Program-made: the position numbers and the translations under genes
The notes under the pieces: model-generated
Seen by the model: the letters and a program-made list of their open reading frames with translations, nothing else
Database searches by the model: none
Told to the model about the DNA's origin: nothing
Assembly (NCBI RefSeq): GCF_000009705.1
Contig: NC_003272.1
Span: forward strand, 2,730,001-2,762,000
DNA: 32,000 nucleotides
From: Nostoc sp. PCC 7120 = FACHB-418
GTDB lineage: Bacteria > Cyanobacteriota > Cyanobacteriia > Cyanobacteriales > Nostocaceae
Direction of reading: 5' to 3'
Shown here: positions 25,779 through 32,000 of the stretch, in pieces
Layout: every line of letters starts with the position of its first letter
How positions within the stretch are numbered: the first letter of the stretch is position 1

Positions 25779-26284
25779 TTGGATATACCTACTGATAATT
25801 CTTTGAGGGGTTGAGCAAAACGGCGTTCTAGACTTCGACAAAGAGCGATCGCCGAAGCATGGGAAACATCGGCAACTGAGACTTGTCTGGGAGCTTGAAT
25901 AAATCGCACTAAATCACCAGGCGACCAAGCAACAGGAACATTAATCTGTGATAAAGCTAAACCAAGTTCTACTTGATGATCATCAACGTGTTCCTGATAT
26001 TGCTGAGAGCGAGAAACCAAAATATAAGGCTTATCCAGAGAATCCAACAGTAGTAAAGTTCCTTCACCACAATGAGCAATCACAATTCGCGCTTGATGAA
26101 TTAACTCCTGAAATTTCTCTTCTTTGAGGAAACGGTAAACCCTAGCCCCAGCAGGCAAAATTGTCGAGTTACCATACTGTACGATAATTTCTTCTTGAAT
26201 TAATTCCGTCTGTAGTAATACCTCAATCCAAGACATGAGGCGATTAAAAGGATATTGTTCCGTACCAACTGTGACCAAAATCAT
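25775..26284 (-). CDS. Alg13-like glycosyltransferase catalytic subunit (Glyco_tran_28_C; PssE/Cps14G type)
   Basis: 169 aa counted from ATG 26284. The N-terminus MILVTVGTEQYPFNRL is typical of this family. It forms an ATGA overlap with the upstream Alg14-like gene (26281-26284). Confidence 0.8.
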   Translation of the reverse strand: MILVTVGTEQYPFNRLMSWIEVLLQTELIQEEIIVQYGNSTILPAGARVYRFLKEEKFQELIHQARIVIAHCGEGTLLLLDSLDKPYILVSRSQQYQEHVDDHQVELGLALSQINVPVAWSPGDLVRFIQAPRQVSVADVSHASAIALCRSLERRFAQPLKELSVGISK

Positions 26285-26736
26285 AAACTTTCTTGAGGAA
26301 CGATTAATTCGGCTTGAGGATAAAGGGTTTGCAGTTGCGGCCACTGCACATATAAAACGCTGAGAAAAGGTAAAACTAACCTAGCGGATAAACTCAAAGT
26401 AATAATCCGCGTCACAGATTCGACAAACACTGTCTGACTACCAAATAATTTGCCAAGAATGAGAAAAGGGACAGCGACACCAGCACCAGTAGACAAGATT
26501 AAATCTGGTTTGGTTTTGCTAATTACTTGAAAGGCTAGAAGCAAATTTCTGAACAAATTAGGTAAATTGCGATTGGTGGGACTATAAGCCCAATACACTT
26601 TTTCTTCAGTTAAAGCGGCTTGTGTGGTTGCAGTTTTAAAAGTTACCCAGACTCGTTCGTGATTTTCCCAAAAAGGTTGCAATTGCTGGAGTCCTTTAAA
26701 ATGTCCACCGGAGGAGCAAATTAATAATACTTTCAT
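26281..26736 (-). CDS. Alg14-like glycosyltransferase membrane/acceptor subunit (PssD/Cps14F type)
   Basis: 151 aa. MKVLLICSSGGHF... is typical of Alg14-like proteins. It is paired with the Alg13-like gene immediately downstream. Confidence 0.8.
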   Translation of the reverse strand: MKVLLICSSGGHFKGLQQLQPFWENHERVWVTFKTATTQAALTEEKVYWAYSPTNRNLPNLFRNLLLAFQVISKTKPDLILSTGAGVAVPFLILGKLFGSQTVFVESVTRIITLSLSARLVLPFLSVLYVQWPQLQTLYPQAELIVPQESL

Positions 26737-26809
26737 AGATTCTGTTTTGGTTTTTGGATTTATTTATTTAGGTTGGTAATTGGTGATTTGTACCTATAGC
26801 TTTTATCTT

Positions 26810-27841
26810 TCAGATTGATGGCTTAAGAATTTGTTCTTTTTGAATGCGTTTTTCCTGGCTATTTCCAGTTATTTGCATTACTAATCTCTCTAAGGGTTGG
26901 TATGCAAATTGTGGTAGAATCCAGAGTAAATAGGCTGCAACAAAAGAGATGAAGGTGCGATGGGGTTCTTCTATAAGAATTCGCCAATGGAGTTTCACTG
27001 CTTGGTGTAGTAGATTAACTGCCATTGCAGGCGATCGCCCTCTTGTCGCCCGACGAGCTAAATATCGTAGTTGATAGGCTTTAGCTCTATTGCCCCATCG
27101 CTCGATAAACTCAGGGTTATAGGCTTGGGTTTTGACTAAAATCCGTTCCCAAGATTCATATTGTTTGAGAACATTGGCTGATAAACCTCCCATGTTGACA
27201 CGGTAGAGGGTGAGGGCTTCGGGTATCCCCTCTATTTTCCAGGTAGTTTGGAGAGCAATTCGCAGCCAGCATTCAATGTCTTCCGATTGACGAAAACTGT
27301 CATCAAAGTAAAAGTCTTCTACTTCCCCGTAAAGGTTCTCTTGAAACTTGATAGTGTCCAAAACAGCCCGACGAATCACCACTGAGGAGCCGTTACTGAT
27401 GGGATTGCGACAGAACAAATATTCTGGTGTAATGTCCGTTAACTTGGGCATTTGATAAATACCCAGAGGCTTACCTTGGTCATCAATCAGACTAGAACGA
27501 GAAAAACTCACCCCAACTTCTGGCGATCGCTCAAAATGCTCTAAATGTTTGGCTAATTTCTCCGGTAGCCAAAGATCATCACTATCAACAAAGGCTAAAT
27601 ATTCCCCTCGCGCCTGACGAATACCTGTATTTCTCGCCCCAGCCAAGCCGCGATTCTGTTGATGAATAATCCTGATGCGCTCATCCTGGAATTGCTTGCA
27701 GATATCAATACTCTTATCTGTAGAACCATCATCAACAATGATAATTTCCAAGTCTCGATATGTTTGCGCCAGCACAGACCGCAATGTCTCAGCCACCGAA
27801 CTTTCAGAATTGTAAACGGGAATAATTACAGACAAATTCAT
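26810..27841 (-). CDS. Family 2 glycosyltransferase
   Basis: GT2 motifs are SVIIPVYN, IIVDDGSTD and FVDSDD. ATG 27841 is preferred over the track's TTG 27862; the start is uncertain by 7 codons. Confidence 0.88.
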   Translation of the reverse strand: MNLSVIIPVYNSESSVAETLRSVLAQTYRDLEIIIVDDGSTDKSIDICKQFQDERIRIIHQQNRGLAGARNTGIRQARGEYLAFVDSDDLWLPEKLAKHLEHFERSPEVGVSFSRSSLIDDQGKPLGIYQMPKLTDITPEYLFCRNPISNGSSVVIRRAVLDTIKFQENLYGEVEDFYFDDSFRQSEDIECWLRIALQTTWKIEGIPEALTLYRVNMGGLSANVLKQYESWERILVKTQAYNPEFIERWGNRAKAYQLRYLARRATRGRSPAMAVNLLHQAVKLHWRILIEEPHRTFISFVAAYLLWILPQFAYQPLERLVMQITGNSQEKRIQKEQILKPSI

Positions 27842-27926
27842 AATTCGTAATAACCTCTGCAAAGGCTTGCATCTACGTAATGCGTATTATTCAGTTTGGA
27901 AAATCTTTCCCCCTTGCTCCCCTTCC

Positions 27927-28916
27927 CTAAGGGATACTGCCGCGAAAGGGTTCTGCCTTAGCGGTACTGCCTCTGTGTGTATTAAGTCCAAAAACCCTCT
28001 CCATCACCAACGCCCCAAACACAGCCAGCAAAGTGAAAAAAGTACGCTGTGGTTGGTGAAACAATAACCGCCAATCGGAAATTAAAGCACGGGTAATAAA
28101 ATCCACCCCTACCCGTGCTGGTAACTTCAAACGAAAAGCCCGCCGAGCTAAATAACGTAGATGCACAGCCTGAGCTAAAGCAAAATGATTATGTACCAAT
28201 TGAGGTGCATAAATTCTCGCCCTGTTGACAAGTTGCTTCCAACCAGCTTCCATATAGTACAAGTTAGAAGAAAGCCCACTAGAACTTGTGCGATAGCGCG
28301 TCAACACTTGGTTGATTCCCTGGATTTGCCAATCTGTGGTAGAACTCACCCTGAGTAGCCATTCCAAATCTTCGGAATAGCTCATGTCCAAACAGAAGCC
28401 CCCCACTTGGGTAAAAACTTCTTTACGAATCACCCAGTTAGAAGTGGTAGTTGTCGGGTTTTCTGAAAGGAAATATTCTGGTTTTAAGTCGTTTAAACGA
28501 GAAGTGGATACTTGTCCAGTTGGTTCACCAGCCTGATCTAATATTTCTACTTGAGCAAAGCTGACTCCTAAGCGAGAATTAGACTGAAAATGTTGCCAGT
28601 GCTGACTGAGTTTGTCAGGTAGCCATTGATCATCGGCATCTAGAAAGGCGATGATTTGACCTTGGCTATGAGCGACACCCTGATTACGAGCAGCAGAAAC
28701 TCCCTGATTGGTCTGATTAATTAGATAGATGCAATCGCTCGTTTTTTGATGTTCTCTGACAACTTCAATTGTGTCATCCGTAGAACCATCATTAATTATC
28801 AGTAATTCCCAATCGGTGAAAGTTTGCTTTTCTACAGAGGCGATCGCATCCGGCAAAAATTTAGCAGCATTGTAAGCGGGAATAATCACCGATATCAATA
28901 TGCTTGCGTGGGTCAT
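27927..28916 (-). CDS. Family 2 glycosyltransferase (paralog of 26810-27841)
   Basis: GT2 motifs are SVIIPAYN, LIINDGSTD and FLDADD. Its ATG forms an ATGA overlap with the Wzx stop (28913-28916). Confidence 0.88.
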   Translation of the reverse strand: MTHASILISVIIPAYNAAKFLPDAIASVEKQTFTDWELLIINDGSTDDTIEVVREHQKTSDCIYLINQTNQGVSAARNQGVAHSQGQIIAFLDADDQWLPDKLSQHWQHFQSNSRLGVSFAQVEILDQAGEPTGQVSTSRLNDLKPEYFLSENPTTTTSNWVIRKEVFTQVGGFCLDMSYSEDLEWLLRVSSTTDWQIQGINQVLTRYRTSSSGLSSNLYYMEAGWKQLVNRARIYAPQLVHNHFALAQAVHLRYLARRAFRLKLPARVGVDFITRALISDWRLLFHQPQRTFFTLLAVFGALVMERVFGLNTHRGSTAKAEPFRGSIP

Positions 28917-30190
28917 CCCTTCACCTCCTGTAAGAATTTAGGTAGGACTTGCCGAGTTGCCCAAATAGTATATAGAGGCTGCAAAATGAGGTGAGTTGCT
29001 GTGACTGCGATCGCCGCGCCTAAAATACCCCACTGGGTTCCCAGGGAAATTGCTATAGCCAAACACATAGTAAATACTAGATTCCAGCGCAATTCGATTT
29101 GCGGTTGACCAAAGGCGCGGAACATCAAAGACGCAGCATCAGCAAAGGGACGGGATAAAGCCGAACAACAAATCAGAATTAAAATCGGGACGGCTCCTCG
29201 TTCCACCCATTTATGACCAAATATTAAAGGAACATAGAAGGGGGCTAAACTAGATTGGAATATGACTAATGGCACAATCATCAAGGCTATTTTGCGTAGG
29301 CTCTGCATATAGCGTTGGGTAAATAACGTTGCCTGAGAATTGAGGTCACACAGGTCAGAGAACAACGATACTCTGATAGCATTTATTACACTCAAGCTCA
29401 GTCCTAATCCGGCATTAAAAGCAAAATAATATACCCCTAAAGCCTGGACACTGAGAAACCGTCCAATTAAGAGATAATCTATGTTTTCCCGAAAGATGGT
29501 AAGTAACTCAATTCCCAGAACACGGGAAGCAAAAGAGGTAATTTTTCCACCTCCAGCGAAAGTCAAAGATTTAGTCATTCGCCAAGGATGATATTTGAAT
29601 GTGAGAATAATCCAGATGGGTGCGACCAAAAACTTAGGTAAAACGATCGCCCACATTCCCATTCCCGATAAAGCCAAAATTGCCGTCAAAATGTTATCGG
29701 TGGATACTTGCACGGAAGTAATTAAGGCCAATATATTCAGGCGATTTTCCCTTCTGATTAATGCCGTTTGCACCATCGCCAGAGGATAGATTAAGTAAGT
29801 AATGGCGATGAGACAAATCGGGAGAATGAGTTGGGAATTGTTATAGAATTGGGCGATCGCCAACGATGCTAGACATTGAGCAATAAATAAAACACCAGCA
29901 ATCAACCAATTCAACCCGTAAGCAGTGCGGCATAACTCTTCTACCTCGGAAGCATCCGCCTGGACTATTTTGTCAGCAATCCCATTGCGGGTAAAAACGC
30001 GGATAAATTCGTAAGTCATTAAGACAATGGCTGCAAGCCCATAATCCTCAGCGCTGAGAAACCGCGCCAGAATGACGGTAGTAATGAGCCTAAACACGCG
30101 GATAACTAATTCCGCCGCCCCCATCCAGCCAATATTCCGGATAAAGCGGTCTTGAAACAGGCGTTTCTGTAGAGTTTGTATTCGGTTCAT
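28913..30190 (-). CDS. wzx: Wzx-type polysaccharide flippase (MOP/PST family)
   Basis: About 425 aa and polytopic (many hydrophobic segments). The N-terminal ILARFLSAEDYGLAA is typical of Polysacc_synt flippases. ATG 30190 forms an ATGA overlap with the upstream GT4 stop. The track's TTG 30217 is rejected. Confidence 0.8.
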   Translation of the reverse strand: MNRIQTLQKRLFQDRFIRNIGWMGAAELVIRVFRLITTVILARFLSAEDYGLAAIVLMTYEFIRVFTRNGIADKIVQADASEVEELCRTAYGLNWLIAGVLFIAQCLASLAIAQFYNNSQLILPICLIAITYLIYPLAMVQTALIRRENRLNILALITSVQVSTDNILTAILALSGMGMWAIVLPKFLVAPIWIILTFKYHPWRMTKSLTFAGGGKITSFASRVLGIELLTIFRENIDYLLIGRFLSVQALGVYYFAFNAGLGLSLSVINAIRVSLFSDLCDLNSQATLFTQRYMQSLRKIALMIVPLVIFQSSLAPFYVPLIFGHKWVERGAVPILILICCSALSRPFADAASLMFRAFGQPQIELRWNLVFTMCLAIAISLGTQWGILGAAIAVTATHLILQPLYTIWATRQVLPKFLQEVKG

Positions 30191-31173
30191 TTGAACTCCC
30201 TCAAGACCTGTTCCCAAGCATCCACATAATCATCCCAGGCTTTTGCAGCGCTGAATCTGCCTTGCTGTCCCCAGGATTTTCGTTGTTCCGGGGAGGCTTG
30301 AATCATTTGCACAATTCCATCCGCCAACATCCGACAATTCTCTGGCTGAAACTGAATCCCACAATTCTTTGCCTGTTCAGTCAGACCATCAACATCACTC
30401 ACCAAAACAGGTCTAGCAGCCGCGCGAGCCTCTAAACAAACATTACCCCAAGGTTCCCATCGGGAAGGAACCACAACCGCGTCACAACGGCTTAAAAACC
30501 CTGGGACATCATCAATTTTTCCCAGAAAGTGAATATGAGGATGATTGTGAGCCAAAGTTTTCAGCGATCGCTCGTCTGGTCCCTGTCCTCCTAAAAGTAA
30601 CTGTACAGAACCAATAGGTAATAACTGTACCGCCTCAATCAAGCGATCGAATCCTTTTTGATGGGTGAACCGTCCATAAGCTGCCAAGGTAAATAGTTCG
30701 TCCGAGTCAGCCTTTTCTGATACTTGCAAAAATGGATCTATATTTCGACTAGAGCGAATCAAGCGCATCTTTTCCGGTGGAACTAATCGCGCAGACTCCA
30801 GCCAATGCTGTTGTCCTTCGGAGATGGATACAACCCGATCCATTAGCCGATAGTTCAGGCGTAACATAGCGCGAAATCGCCAAGTAGAGGGGACTTGATG
30901 CTGTTCAAACCCTGCACTGTAGTGATGTTCTATCAATATTCGGGCTTTCGCCTTCCAGGTTAATAAATCTGGAATACCCTTCCAAGACGAGGCACGATGT
31001 AACACCAATAAATCAGGCTGCCAACTTTTTAAAGTATCTTTTGCTTGGTCTTGAGTCACCAATTGAAACTCTACCCAAGATGACAACCGTGTCTGCGTCA
31101 AGCTGGCTAGAGTAGCGCGAATCCCGCCTGTCCACCCCATGCCTTGAGAACCAAGGATATGCAGCACTTTCAT
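30187..31173 (-). CDS. Family 4 (group 1) glycosyltransferase
   Basis: The N-terminus is MKVLHILGSQGMGWTGG. The GT4 E-x7-E region is EPWGNVCLEARAAARPVLVSDVDG. ATG 31173 forms an ATGA overlap with the upstream gene stop. The track's TTG 31266 is rejected. Confidence 0.87.
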   Translation of the reverse strand: MKVLHILGSQGMGWTGGIRATLASLTQTRLSSWVEFQLVTQDQAKDTLKSWQPDLLVLHRASSWKGIPDLLTWKAKARILIEHHYSAGFEQHQVPSTWRFRAMLRLNYRLMDRVVSISEGQQHWLESARLVPPEKMRLIRSSRNIDPFLQVSEKADSDELFTLAAYGRFTHQKGFDRLIEAVQLLPIGSVQLLLGGQGPDERSLKTLAHNHPHIHFLGKIDDVPGFLSRCDAVVVPSRWEPWGNVCLEARAAARPVLVSDVDGLTEQAKNCGIQFQPENCRMLADGIVQMIQASPEQRKSWGQQGRFSAAKAWDDYVDAWEQVLREFK

Positions 31174-32000
31174 GAGGCAAATACCTGTAGTGGTTGTTGA
31201 CTGGTACTTTGAGACAGAATACGTTCTTGGTAGGCTTGGGCAATGGTTTCGGCGTGGGCTGACCAAGTATACTTTTTCACTTGCTGGAAGCGTATTGATA
31301 GGTCTGGTGTGGCTTCTGGGTAATTGAGCAAATCGCTAATGGTGTTAGCCCAAATATCCGGTTTACCCACTGGACAGTAAACTGCTGCATTACCTCCTAC
31401 TTCCCGCAGCACAGGAATATCACTTACAACAATGATGCTGCCACAGGCTAAGGCTTCAATCAAAGGCATTCCAAAGCCTTCGGCTTCGCTGGTCATTAAT
31501 ACTACTGCTGCCCGCCGATAAAATTCTGCCAAATCTTTCTGTTCTAAGCGTGGGAATAATCGGATACCATCACGAATCCCCAAGCGATCTATTCGTGCCT
31601 GCATATCAGGTTCCCATTCTGCGCCGACCCTAACCAACAGTAAATCTGGGTGGTGATGGCGTAGACGGGCGTAGGTTTCTAGTAAAACATCAAGGCGTTT
31701 ACGTTGGAGATTGACGCTGATATTCAACAAGAAAGGGCGATCGCCTATTTTTTCCTGAATAATGGCAGCCATATTTGCATTGCTCTCGTGAGGAGAAAAT
31801 TCACGGGCAATTCCTAGAGGAACTTGGACTAGCTTATCGGGGCTGATCAGTTGATAGTGAAGAATTTCCTCTCGCACAGATTGGGTTGTGTAAAATATCA
31901 CTGCCGCCTTGCAAAAACCATTCAAGGCGTAGCGCTGTATGGTGTTATAGCGGATGGAGCGGGGATATTTATCTGGTTGCAAGATGGAGCGAAACACATC
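31170..32000 (-). CDS. Family 4 (group 1) glycosyltransferase, 5' end truncated by the window edge
   Basis: The C-terminal GT4 domain carries EAEGFGMPLIEALACGSIIVVSDIPVLREVGG. The frame is open to the window edge and the visible 275 aa lack the usual N-terminal start of GT4 enzymes. Confidence 0.85.
   Translation of the reverse strand, partial: DVFRSILQPDKYPRSIRYNTIQRYALNGFCKAAVIFYTTQSVREEILHYQLISPDKLVQVPLGIAREFSPHESNANMAAIIQEKIGDRPFLLNISVNLQRKRLDVLLETYARLRHHHPDLLLVRVGAEWEPDMQARIDRLGIRDGIRLFPRLEQKDLAEFYRRAAVVLMTSEAEGFGMPLIEALACGSIIVVSDIPVLREVGGNAAVYCPVGKPDIWANTISDLLNYPEATPDLSIRFQQVKKYTWSAHAETIAQAYQERILSQSTSQQPLQVFAS

Overview
The window looks like a chromosomal segment of a heterocyst-forming cyanobacterium (Nostoc/Anabaena type). 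Three things support this. The HIP1 octamer GCGATCGC occurs about 29 times by manual scan. STRR-type heptamer arrays sit in spacers. The 189-aa H-NOX ORF matches, from memory, Nostoc sp. PCC 7120 alr2278, which should be confirmed by BLAST.

The left third carries purC and the conserved outer-membrane/lipid A cluster bamA(omp85)-lpxC-fabZ-lpxA-lpxB. The middle carries a Uma2 nuclease divergent from an orphan C5 DNA methyltransferase, then an aldo/keto reductase with a Tat signal. It also carries a plus-strand operon: H-NOX, then an HNOBA-PAS-PAS-GAF hybrid histidine kinase ending in Hpt, then a REC-PP2C phosphatase.

The right half (17.5-32 kb) is entirely minus strand. It starts with an exopolysaccharide operon: GT4, GT4, Wzx, GT2, GT2, an Alg14-like/Alg13-like split glycosyltransferase, and a priming phosphoglycosyl transferase. 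Start and stop codons in this operon are chained by ATGA overlaps. The priming enzyme has an N-terminal STAS domain, and its stop abuts the start of an RsbW-like serine kinase. A free STAS protein follows. After a candidate terminator comes a strikingly AT-rich, HIP1-poor block encoding a 1783-aa Ser/Thr-kinase/STAND-ATPase/TPR/GAF/His-kinase protein and an overlapping response regulator.

Main hypothesis (inference): this is a partner-switching module without a sigma factor, made of the REC-PP2C phosphatase, the RsbW-like kinase and the free STAS. Its output would be the STAS domain fused to the priming glycosyltransferase, and the H-NOX (NO-sensing) phosphorelay may feed it. No rRNA, tRNA, CRISPR array, transposase or integrase was recognised.
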